A DNA stretch of 55,660 bases, taken from NCBI GenBank assembly GCA_043802345.1, contig JAZDLC010000258.1, positions 1 to 55,660 of the forward strand, given 5' to 3'. Positions 35,296 through 43,090 of this stretch are shown one piece after another (the stretch's first letter is position 1; each line of letters begins with the position of its first letter). Source of the stretch: Planctomycetota bacterium (lineage in GTDB: Bacteria > Planctomycetota > B15-G4 > JADJEK01). Below the pieces are notes generated by a model. It was not told where the DNA came from, ran no database searches, and worked only from the letters and a program-made list of their open reading frames with translations. A program made the translations under genes and the position numbers.

Positions 35296-36489
35296 CTACC
35301 CGCCCGACTTCCAGGGGGAGTACCCCTCGATCACGAACGGCGGAGAGCGCTCGATATCCTGGTAGGCGTCGTAGTACGGCGTGACGATCGCTTCCTTGAT
35401 GAACTCCGGTTCGGTCTGCGCCGGATCGTACGTCACGCGGACCGGCGCGAACCCCGGCCCGGGCCAGGCCTCCAGCTTGACGTAGCCGGGCAGCATCAGG
35501 ATGTCATCCCGGAAGAGGAAGTAGGTCAGCAGCGTCGCGCTGCCGCGGCAGGTCACGCCCTCGATCCGGAGGTCGATCGACGCGGTGACGGCGGGCGGAT
35601 CCCCCTTCTCCTTGACGAACGCCGGCAGCGGGAAGAGCTGGGCCGAGGCGACCACCACCGCCGTCACCAGGACCAGTACCGACGCCACCGCCGTCTTCGG
35701 CCAGTGCCGCCGCGCCGGTCCCGGCACGCTGAAGGTGAGCGCGCCCTTCTTGCGCGAGGGACACGAGGCCACGCAGGTCTGGCACCCGGTGCAGCGGGCC
35801 GCCGTGACATCACCCGCCTTCATGACCGCGATGTTCATCGGGCAGACCTGCTCGCAGAAGCCGCAGTCGTTGCATGCCTGCTCGTCCTTCCGGATCCGGA
35901 AGAGGCCGAAGCGGGAGAACGGATTCATCACCGCCGCCAGCGGACAGAGCCACCGGCAGAACGGAACCGTCGTGAACAGGCCTCCCACGAGAATGCCGCC
36001 AGCGACGAGGTACGCCCAGAAGGTGATGTCCTCGCCGTGGCGGCTGAGCAGGGCGTAGCACGGGTCGGCCGCGCGAAAGTGCAGCTCACCCGCCCTCCAG
36101 GTGATCCAGAGGATCAGGGCCAGCACGCCATATTTGAGCAGGCCGAGGACGGCATCGACCGCGCGCGGCACGCGGTGCGGCTTCAATCCCACCATCCCCC
36201 CCGCCTTGCCGACCCACTCCGTGATCGCCCCGATCGGACAGGCGTAGCCGCAGAAGGCGCGGCGCAGGAGGAAGAGGCTGAGGATCACCCCGAAAAGCGC
36301 GAAGAAGTTCGACACGCCGAGAGAACAGATCATGGTCCCCTCGGTGACGTAGGTGTAGATCGCCTCCACACCCCCGAACGGGCACCAGCGCTCGGCGTTC
36401 CCCATCACCACGAAGACCCCGATCAGGGTCACGGCCAAAAAGCCGATCTGTGTCAGTCGGCGTGGTTCGTTCCAGGGAGATCTTCGCAT
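35296..36489 (-). CDS. Polytopic membrane 4Fe-4S (NapH/MauN/NosR-like polyferredoxin) protein with extra C-terminal soluble domain
   Basis: TM-embedded CP motifs are present (WCPFGG, CGYACPIG, CRWLCPLA), plus two ferredoxin clusters (CNDCGFCEQVCP, CTGCQTCVASCP). After a further TM helix there is a ~130-aa domain beginning IDLRIEGVTCRGSA, which is HMA-like but has only one Cys. Confidence 0.8.
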   Translation of the reverse strand: MRRSPWNEPRRLTQIGFLAVTLIGVFVVMGNAERWCPFGGVEAIYTYVTEGTMICSLGVSNFFALFGVILSLFLLRRAFCGYACPIGAITEWVGKAGGMVGLKPHRVPRAVDAVLGLLKYGVLALILWITWRAGELHFRAADPCYALLSRHGEDITFWAYLVAGGILVGGLFTTVPFCRWLCPLAAVMNPFSRFGLFRIRKDEQACNDCGFCEQVCPMNIAVMKAGDVTAARCTGCQTCVASCPSRKKGALTFSVPGPARRHWPKTAVASVLVLVTAVVVASAQLFPLPAFVKEKGDPPAVTASIDLRIEGVTCRGSATLLTYFLFRDDILMLPGYVKLEAWPGPGFAPVRVTYDPAQTEPEFIKEAIVTPYYDAYQDIERSPPFVIEGYSPWKSGG

Positions 36490-36566
36490 CGATCCGTCAG
36501 GGAGCTGCCGGCCGGACAGCCGGCAGCTCCCTCAGCAGGCTGGCTCGGGAACCGTGGAGACCGTTG

Positions 36567-37433
36567 TCAGGGCTTCGCCTCGCCCTCGCAACCACCCTTC
36601 GACGGGCAGGAGCCGCAGTCGCCGCCGGAGCTGCAGGCCGACTCCTTCACCTTCGACTTGGTCTTCAGGACCATCTCGAAGTTCGCGTCCGCCGGCAGGG
36701 CCGCGAACTCGGGCGTGTTCTTGACGAAGTCCTTGAACGACGCGCTCGCCATCGGGGCGGTCGACTCAATCGCGGTCGTCAGGGTGGCCATGCCTCCGTC
36801 GACGTCGCCGCACAGCACCTTCAGGCGCGCCACGTCGTACATGAAGCGCGGGCTCGATCCCTCCGGAACGTCAATCTCACCAGCGAGCGCCTTCGCCTCA
36901 TCGACCTTCTTCAGCCGGCCGAGCGCGATCCCCTTCAGGATCTTCACATGATCACCCATCTCCTCGTCGGAAAAGGGCGCCAGTACCTCGACCGCCTCGG
37001 CGTTCCTCTCGAGGATCAGCAGCGCGTCGACCAGCAGCGTCGCCGAGCCGACCGTGTTCTTCCGCGAGTGCATCTCGCGCGCGATCTTCTCGAGTTCGCC
37101 GTAGAGGTGGTTCTTGTAGTAGAAGTTCTTGAGCGCGTTCGCCGTGCTCGCCCACTTCTCGGCGTCCTGCTCGCTCTCGATCGCCTCGCGCATGGCGATC
37201 ATCCGCTTCACGAGCATGTAGTTCTGGCGGTACTCGGCGTTCTTCTCGTCCGCCGAGGCGGCGTTCGAGTAGGCGTTCAGCGCGGCCTCGAAGTCTCCCT
37301 GCTGCAGCAGCTCCTGCCCCTTGGCAAAGGCCTGCGCCGCGTTGTCGGCACCGGCCTCTTCCGCGGCGAACACGCCGGGGGCGGCGAAGAGGGAAAAGGC
37401 AAGTCCGGCAATGATCAATCGCATGGGTGTCAT
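36567..37433 (-). CDS. Secreted TPR-like helical-repeat protein with C-terminal Cys-rich tail (288 aa)
   Basis: The ATG at 37433 is preceded by GAGGA and followed by a signal peptide (MTPMRLIIAGLAFSLFAAPGVFA). Helical repeats are present (FAKGQELLQQGDFEAALNAYSNA...). The tail ACSSGGDCGSCPSKGGCEGEAKP has 5 Cys in about 20 residues. Confidence 0.7.
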   Translation of the reverse strand: MTPMRLIIAGLAFSLFAAPGVFAAEEAGADNAAQAFAKGQELLQQGDFEAALNAYSNAASADEKNAEYRQNYMLVKRMIAMREAIESEQDAEKWASTANALKNFYYKNHLYGELEKIAREMHSRKNTVGSATLLVDALLILERNAEAVEVLAPFSDEEMGDHVKILKGIALGRLKKVDEAKALAGEIDVPEGSSPRFMYDVARLKVLCGDVDGGMATLTTAIESTAPMASASFKDFVKNTPEFAALPADANFEMVLKTKSKVKESACSSGGDCGSCPSKGGCEGEAKP

Positions 37434-37627
37434 CGGTTTCCTCGAAGCTTTGGAGTGGTTCAGAGGGGACGATTCTAGCAGCTTCTCCACAGGGCATGAA
37501 ACATTTCGCCGGATCAACGCGATCCCGTGGATGGAACGACTTTCCACGTTTCACTGGCGACGATGAACGTATTGGCTCCATCCGGCCGAATGGCAACGTC
37601 CAGTGCGAGCCTCATCGTGGGCGGGGT

Positions 37628-38113
37628 TCAGCCCGGCTTCATTCCAGGCCGGTTCATCCCCGGCCGGCCCTCGCGGCGGAGCGACACGCTGCCGAGGGGG
37701 ACCCCTTCGAGGAGGCTGACGCTCTCCTCGAGCCAGGTGGCATTGGGACGCCACCGGTCGCCGCGCGGGAGAACCACCGTCGCGCTCTCCAGGCGGCTCT
37801 CGAACTAGCCGCCCCTGGGACTGCGCCGTGCCTGAGAGGACGTCCGGAGCCGGACTGTCCGGCCCCCTTCCGCCGTCAGGACGAGTTCCTGGGAGCGCGA
37901 GCCGTCGAATTGGATGAATCGGTCCAGAAGAGAGCATTCCGGCCCCCCTCCGGAGAGCCGACCGGTCCGGCTCAACAGCCTCCACCCATCCTGCACTGGA
38001 TGCCCCCCACAGTCCTGAACCAACTCCCTTCGTCTCAAGTGCTGCGACTGTCGCGCGGCGCGGCCTGTGGCCGCAACCCAGAAGAGAGCGGCGCTCCCGA
38101 CCTGGATTGGCAG
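37628..38113 (-). pseudogene. Possible disrupted ORF (in-frame TAG at 37805-37807), product unknown
   Basis: One minus-strand frame keeps high third-position GC on both sides of a TAG: ...CSLLDRFIQFDGSRSQELVLTAEGGRTVRLRTSS...GG*FESRLESATVVLPRGDRWRPNATWLEESVSLLEGVPLGSVSLRREG...*. The upstream boundary is arbitrary and no family was recognised. Confidence 0.25.
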
Positions 38114-38452
38114 TCGGCCAAGTGATCGGGGTCGGGGGTGACTGAGTCTCGGTTTGGTGTGAGCGGCATGAGCCTCGGGTCGTGGTGAGGGTTCTGGGTG
38201 GCTCTCGGTCGCGCTTCTTGGGCGGGCCTGGCTGGGGAGGGGGACGTGCGCGCTCGGGGCGCGACGAACGGGGGGTGTCCTGCTGGCGGGGAAGGCGAGT
38301 GGTGGCGTGCGGGTTTGGAGAATGATGGGTCCAGGGTGACTCCTGGTTCGGGTTCTTCCTGGCCCGCCCGGGAAGCGCGACCGAGAGCTACTGCATCGTT
38401 CTTCTGGAGTCTGCGGGCTGCCGGACTGCTTCGTCCGGAGCACCGTTGCGGA

Positions 38453-38884
38453 TCATGACATAAACAGAAGGTACGACCCGATGACCACACCTCCCTGATC
38501 GTAGAGGACGAACTCGAAGTACATGTGTCGCCCGCAGAGCACTTCTCCATGGTCCTCGCGGGTCACAGTGAACGCATCGTACGTTTCCGGAGTGCCTTTG
38601 CCCTTGCTTGCGCAGTCGCGAACACACCAGGCATAGAACCCTGCCGATTCGGTGAGAAATGACACCTCGCCTTGCTGGGCCGGCCTTCCGTTCTTCGCTC
38701 TGACTTCGGCTCTGGTACTTCCAGGAGGGTACGTGTCGGCCAGATCGGTGGCGAAATGCTGGTTCAATCTCTCCCATCGCTGCTCAGCGGTCAGGCAACC
38801 GATCTGGATGAGTGCGAGCAGCATGAGGGCGAGACACACCAGGTGGCGGAGGCATCCGGCGGTGACTCTTGGGTGGTCTGACAT
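38453..38884 (-). CDS. Small membrane-anchored/lipoprotein-like hypothetical protein (143 aa)
   Basis: It has a hydrophobic N-terminus with a possible weak lipobox (LALMLLALIQIGC). It is visibly less GC-rich than its neighbours. No family recognised. Confidence 0.6.
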   Translation of the reverse strand: MSDHPRVTAGCLRHLVCLALMLLALIQIGCLTAEQRWERLNQHFATDLADTYPPGSTRAEVRAKNGRPAQQGEVSFLTESAGFYAWCVRDCASKGKGTPETYDAFTVTREDHGEVLCGRHMYFEFVLYDQGGVVIGSYLLFMS

Positions 38885-39016
38885 TCGCGCTTCCTCCCGA
38901 TTCGCTCCCTGTCCGTCGCTGGGGTGAAGCCGAATCTGGCACGGGAGGGGTTGGGATTCAAGGCGGTTGTCGTGGGGACGGGCGTCCTGGATTCCGAGGT
39001 CTCGTCACCTTGTCTT

Positions 39017-39044
39017 TTGGGTCGGGCTGGTCCGGGCCTACAAT
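39017..39044 (+). promoter_or_regulatory. Candidate sigma-70-type promoter, possibly giving a leaderless mRNA
   Basis: TTGGGT-N16-TACAAT ends 7 nt before the ATG at 39052, so the predicted transcription start falls at or next to the start codon. Motif match only. Confidence 0.3.
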
Positions 39045-39051
39045 CGGCGTG

Positions 39052-41016
39052 ATGAACAGTGAACCTTCCCGGATCGGGCTGGCCTTGCGGTGCCTGGGCG
39101 CTGCTTCCGTGGCGGCGCTGGTGGTGGCGGTGGCTGAGGTCTGCCTGGCTGTCGCCGGCGGGAATGCGTTGTTGGGGGCGGTTCCGGCTTCTGAGCGGGT
39201 CGCGTACCTGCTGCTGGTGGTGGCGGTCTTTTGGGTGATCGCGGTGCCGGCGGCGGTGGTCGGGTTCGTCGTGTCGCTGGTTCGGGCCAGGGTTGGGGTG
39301 GCGGTGGCGGCGCTGTTGCCGTGCCTGTTGGTCGCGGAGGCGGCGTGGCGGGCGGCGGGGGATCTGCGCGGGGGGATGGCGCAGGTCCTGGCGGGGATTG
39401 CGTTGGGAGCCGGGGTGGTGCTGGGGGCGCTGTTCTGGTGGCGGCCGTTGCTGATTTCGGGGCGCGGCGCTCTAGGCATGGTGGGTGCTGGAGTGTTGCT
39501 GTTCGTCTGTCTGCGGCTGGTTCCCTTGGGGCCAGGGGAGGTGGAGTCCGGGGAGGCGGTGTTGGAGGCTCCGGCTGGGTTGCCGGTGAATTCGGTGGCG
39601 CCGGTGAGGAACCTGCTGGTGCTGCTGGTCGACACGCTGCGGGCGGACCATCTCGGGTGTTACGGCTACCCGCGGCAGACGAGTCCGCGGATGGATGCCT
39701 GCGCGCTCGAGGGGACTCTGTTCGAGAACGCGGCAACGCCGAAGGCGAAGACCTCTCCGGCGGTCGCGTCGCTGTTCACCGGCACCTGGCCGAGAACTCA
39801 CCGGGTGCTGGCGACCCAGTACGAGCTGGTCGGCGAGAATGTCACTCTGGCCGAGACGTTGAAGGAGTCCGGGTTCACGACGTTCGGAGTGAGCGCCAAT
39901 CCGAACGTCACCACTCCCTTCGGCTTCGGTCAGGGTTTTGACGAGTTCTGGTACGTGGGGAAGGTCCAGACGCAGGACGGGAGGAGGATTGGCAGCCATG
40001 CGGGCCGGCTCAGGGACCAGACGATCGCCTGGCTCAAGGAACATCAGGGCGAGCGGTTCTTCGCCTACGTGCACTTCATCGACCCGCACTCGCCCTACAA
40101 TCCGCCCCCGCCCTACCGAACGATGTTCAAGGGAGACGCGCTGGACGGCGAACTCGGTACGCGGGAACTCGAGATCCTGGACGAGAGCTACTTCGACGGC
40201 CTGCATCGGTCAGTGTATTTGCCGGAAGCGGGGCTCGATCTGGACAAGTATGTCCTCCGCTACGATGGGGAAATCCGGTACACGGATGAGGCGATCGGCG
40301 CGATCCTGGACAGTCTCGCGGAGTCCGGCCTCGACGACTCCACGCTCGTGGTGATCACCGCCGACCACGGCGAGTCGAAAACCGAGCATCACTGCTACTT
40401 CAATCACGGCCTGCTGCCGTATGAAGAGCACGTTCACGTTCCGCTCGTCGTCAGAGGTCCGGGCATCCCCGCGGGCCTGCGCAGGCGGGAGCAGGTTTCC
40501 CTGGTCGGCCTCATGCCGACTCTTCTCGACCTGGTCGGCGTGCCGGTGCCGGACCGGGTCGAGGCAGCCTCGTTCGCCGGTCTGCTCGGGCAGGATGTTC
40601 CCACGGTCGAGGGGGAACCGACGCAGATCTCCTCCATCGGGGAGAAGAAGGCGGAGCCCACTCAGGGACTGCGTACGAACCGGTGGAAGTACCTCTTCAA
40701 TCCGGGGGGACGCTCATTGCGAGAGGCCCTGCGATTCGCCAACCTGGCCGTCCCGGGAAGGCGGCTCGCCTTCACGCTGGACGACATCCGCGACTACCAG
40801 CTCGAGGAGGAACTGTACGACCTGAACGCAGATCCTCTGGAACTGACGAACCTCTCCTACCGGAGTGCGGCGATCCGGCAGGGTTTTCATCGTCAGATGG
40901 TGTCGCTCCGGGAGTCGTCCCGTCCGGTGTCCGAGGAGCCCCGAATCCTCGACACGGAGGATTTCAACGCCGAGCTGAGGAACGCGCTCATCCAGCTGGG
41001 CTACGTCGGCAAGTGA
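39052..41016 (+). CDS. Membrane-anchored alkaline-phosphatase-superfamily (sulfatase-fold) hydrolase/transferase
   Basis: The N-terminal ~190 aa are A/V/G-rich TM helices. The sulfatase-fold core follows (LLVLLVDTLRADHLGCYGY ... AKTSPAVASLFTG ... VVITADHGE). At the position of the C/S-x-P-x-R formylglycine motif the sequence reads T-S-P-A-V. The start is taken at ATG 39052. Confidence 0.8.
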   Translation: MNSEPSRIGLALRCLGAASVAALVVAVAEVCLAVAGGNALLGAVPASERVAYLLLVVAVFWVIAVPAAVVGFVVSLVRARVGVAVAALLPCLLVAEAAWRAAGDLRGGMAQVLAGIALGAGVVLGALFWWRPLLISGRGALGMVGAGVLLFVCLRLVPLGPGEVESGEAVLEAPAGLPVNSVAPVRNLLVLLVDTLRADHLGCYGYPRQTSPRMDACALEGTLFENAATPKAKTSPAVASLFTGTWPRTHRVLATQYELVGENVTLAETLKESGFTTFGVSANPNVTTPFGFGQGFDEFWYVGKVQTQDGRRIGSHAGRLRDQTIAWLKEHQGERFFAYVHFIDPHSPYNPPPPYRTMFKGDALDGELGTRELEILDESYFDGLHRSVYLPEAGLDLDKYVLRYDGEIRYTDEAIGAILDSLAESGLDDSTLVVITADHGESKTEHHCYFNHGLLPYEEHVHVPLVVRGPGIPAGLRRREQVSLVGLMPTLLDLVGVPVPDRVEAASFAGLLGQDVPTVEGEPTQISSIGEKKAEPTQGLRTNRWKYLFNPGGRSLREALRFANLAVPGRRLAFTLDDIRDYQLEEELYDLNADPLELTNLSYRSAAIRQGFHRQMVSLRESSRPVSEEPRILDTEDFNAELRNALIQLGYVGK

Positions 41017-41033
41017 CAGAAGCGGGGTTCGGG

Positions 41034-41564
41034 TCACCCCACCGACGTGATCTTCACCCCGTAGTACTCGTCCACCACCACGATCTCGCCCATGGCAACG
41101 CGCTTGCCGTGGACATACATGGAGACTGGTGAGTCCGCGGTGTTGTCGAGTTCGACCACGGAACCGGGACCCAGCTGGAGAATTTCGTGGATGGAGAGAG
41201 TGGACTTCCCCAGCTCCACGCTCACCGGAACCTTGAGGTCGTAGATCCGGTCCAGTGGCAGATTGGCGTGTCCCAGGCCGCCACTGACTTCCGGAAACCG
41301 CACGGGGGAGGCTTCCGCCACCTGCTGTTCCATCCTTGCTGCGCCCGCCAGTTCGAATTCCCGCACGGCCTCGTCAGCCAGGCCGTCTTCTGGCGCGGCG
41401 CCGACGGCAGGCCCGTCGTCCGACCCGTCTGCGGATTCCACGGCCGCCTCCCCAGCCTCCTCGGCAGCCACCTCGGCCGCCAGCTGTTCCCATTCCGCCC
41501 GCGAGGCAGGGAGTTCGGCGTCCTGACCCTCACCTTCGGCTGATATACTCTGCTCGTCGCTCAT
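41034..41564 (-). CDS. fliN: Flagellar motor switch protein FliN with acidic N-terminal extension
   Basis: The C-terminal SpoA domain reads LKVPVSVELGKSTLSIHEILQLGPGSVVELDNTADSPVSMYVHGKRVAMGEIVVVDEYYGVKITSV. The ATG at 41564 overlaps the fliM stop (ATGA). Confidence 0.85.
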   Translation of the reverse strand: MSDEQSISAEGEGQDAELPASRAEWEQLAAEVAAEEAGEAAVESADGSDDGPAVGAAPEDGLADEAVREFELAGAARMEQQVAEASPVRFPEVSGGLGHANLPLDRIYDLKVPVSVELGKSTLSIHEILQLGPGSVVELDNTADSPVSMYVHGKRVAMGEIVVVDEYYGVKITSVG

Positions 41565-42574
41565 ATCGACTCCTTCACTTCTGTGCGTTCGGTGATGCGG
41601 ATCGCCAGCCTCGTTCGGGACCTGCCCGGAGAACACATGAATTCGGTCTTCTCGCCAATCATGACTTCGAGCGGCTCCCCGATCCTGCGATCCAGAACCA
41701 GGACATCTCCTGGTGAAAGACTGCTGAATTCACCCAGGTCGACGATCGCCTGCCCCAGGCGCGCGGACACGGTCATCTTCATGGAGCGCACGAACTTCTC
41801 AAGACGGCGGTCAACCTCCTCCGGCCGCCCCGGCTGGGCATCCCCCTCGTCCGGCGTCAGCAGACTCATGACTGACGCATGCTGCACCACCAGGGCCAGC
41901 ATTCCTCCCTCTTCTCCATCTCTCAGGTCGGTCGCCAGCAGGACCACGTTGTCCGTTCCCCGCATCAGGCGGGTGGGCGCCTGATTCAGGCGTTCGAGAT
42001 CAATGCTGTACGCCAGATCCGGGCCCTTGCCGGTGCGACGCCCCCGCATCAGCTGATTCACTCTCCGCAGCAACCCGGCCACGAAGGGGCGCAGGGCGGA
42101 ACGGCTGATCTCCCCGATCGGGGACGGCGGCCTGTCCTCCTCTCTCTCCTCCTCGGACGGCTCCTCTCCCTCCTCGGGCTCACGCTTCTTCCACCCCAGC
42201 AGGAATCCGATCAGGAACCGCTGCAGCTCATCGTCCAGCACCAGGACCGCGCGCTCTCCGGTGTTGGCCCGGAGTGGAATGAACCAGCCGTCCTCGCTGA
42301 GTTCCGTCACGGCGGCCCCGAATGAGAGAACCTCCACGTCCCTTGCCTCGCCGCCCGTGGGCGCTCGGGTGTGGCTGGAGAGAGTCTCCTTCATTCGCCT
42401 GGAGAAGCGAATCGAGAACAACCGAAGCTCCTCCAGAATCCGGCCGCTGGGAGGAGCCGGCCTGCGGAAGTCGCGACTCCTGACGGAGCGGTTCCGGTCG
42501 CTCTTGCGGCGCCCTCCGAGAATCGGACCAACCGCGAGTTTCCTTTCGTACATCATCCGGGAAGCCTCGGTCAC
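41561..42574 (-). CDS. fliM: Flagellar motor switch protein FliM (divergent)
   Basis: It has the conserved RDFRRP segment followed by ELRLFSIRFSRRMKETLSS, a middle domain, and a C-terminal SpoA domain (LSPGDVLVLDRRIGEPLEVMIGEKTEFMCSPG). The start is either GTG 42574 (overlapping the fliL stop) or ATG 42556. Confidence 0.8.
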   Translation of the reverse strand: MTEASRMMYERKLAVGPILGGRRKSDRNRSVRSRDFRRPAPPSGRILEELRLFSIRFSRRMKETLSSHTRAPTGGEARDVEVLSFGAAVTELSEDGWFIPLRANTGERAVLVLDDELQRFLIGFLLGWKKREPEEGEEPSEEEREEDRPPSPIGEISRSALRPFVAGLLRRVNQLMRGRRTGKGPDLAYSIDLERLNQAPTRLMRGTDNVVLLATDLRDGEEGGMLALVVQHASVMSLLTPDEGDAQPGRPEEVDRRLEKFVRSMKMTVSARLGQAIVDLGEFSSLSPGDVLVLDRRIGEPLEVMIGEKTEFMCSPGRSRTRLAIRITERTEVKESI

Positions 42575-43089
42575 TGCAGCACGAACTCGAGGAAGAAGAC
42601 ATCCACCACGCGCCGTGTGGTGCCAGCGAAGATCCCCTCGTTGATGTGGTCCTTGATGCGCGTCTGCACGAACTCCTTGCTGGCCCCGCCGGTCAAGGAT
42701 CGCTCATCCATGGAAGACAGGATCTTGATCAGCTGGTCCTGAACCCTGGGCAGCAGCTTGTTGATGTCGTCCTCCTCCCCTTTCTTCCCGCCCAGCTCGA
42801 TCTCGAGAGTGATTGTCGCCTGGAGCAGCGCGTGCTGGCCCGCTCCCACGACGTTCACCAGGATCTGGGGAACCGGCAGTTCGAATGTCTCCCTGACCAC
42901 CGGATGGTGTTCGGCGATTGCGTTCTTGTCCGTTCCCGCGTCCGGGAAGGCGAGAATGCCAACCGCCACGGAGCTACCCACGCAGAAAAGGACCGATCCG
43001 ACGAAGGCCACCAGGTTCTTCCTGGAACGGCCATCGCTTCCCGGGCTTTCCGAGTTCTCGCTCCGCTTCTTGTCGGCCTCGTCAGCCAT
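42571..43089 (-). CDS. fliL: Flagellar basal-body-associated protein FliL
   Basis: 172 aa with a charged N-terminus, a single TM helix (LVAFVGSVLFCVGSSVAVGILAF), a FliL-like periplasmic domain (LLQATITLEI ... LPRVQDQLIKILSS ... IKDHIN) and the expected position upstream of fliM. Confidence 0.75.
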   Translation of the reverse strand: MADEADKKRSENSESPGSDGRSRKNLVAFVGSVLFCVGSSVAVGILAFPDAGTDKNAIAEHHPVVRETFELPVPQILVNVVGAGQHALLQATITLEIELGGKKGEEDDINKLLPRVQDQLIKILSSMDERSLTGGASKEFVQTRIKDHINEGIFAGTTRRVVDVFFLEFVLQ

Positions 43090-43090
43090 C

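Noticed and set aside
37480-37600. GGAAAGTCG on the minus strand, considered as the RNase P RNA P4 motif, plus a general look for tmRNA, SRP or tRNA in the intergenic gaps
   Set aside because: The flanking sequence lacks the CCGGGC continuation and the 3' ACAGAA..CCGGCUUA partner. I saw no tRNA-like cloverleaf or tag-peptide reading frame in any gap. I cannot exclude small RNAs without a covariance-model scan.
37427-38125. A 232-codon plus-strand ORF, with the 212- and 171-codon minus-strand ORFs, in the gene-poor region
   Set aside because: The plus-strand frame has mixed third-position composition, unlike real genes here. The minus-strand ORFs are largely P/R/S/T low complexity derived from the C-rich strand. 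Only the 3' part of one minus frame looks gene-like, and it is broken by a TAG (reported as a possible pseudogene instead).
38937-38952. TGGCAC motif considered as a sigma-54 -24 element upstream of the sulfatase-fold gene
   Set aside because: The sequence TGGCACGGGAGGGGTT has no GC/TTGC -12 element at the required 10-nt spacing. TGGCAC-like matches at 35779 and on the minus strand near 50220 also fail the spacing and lie inside genes.
39060-39640. G/T-rich, GGC/GTG/GCG-repetitive DNA at the 5' end of the sulfatase-fold gene, considered as a tandem repeat or separate element
   Set aside because: In frame it translates to A/V/G/L-rich transmembrane helices contiguous with the catalytic domain. 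There is no exact repeat unit, so this is compositional bias from hydrophobic coding.
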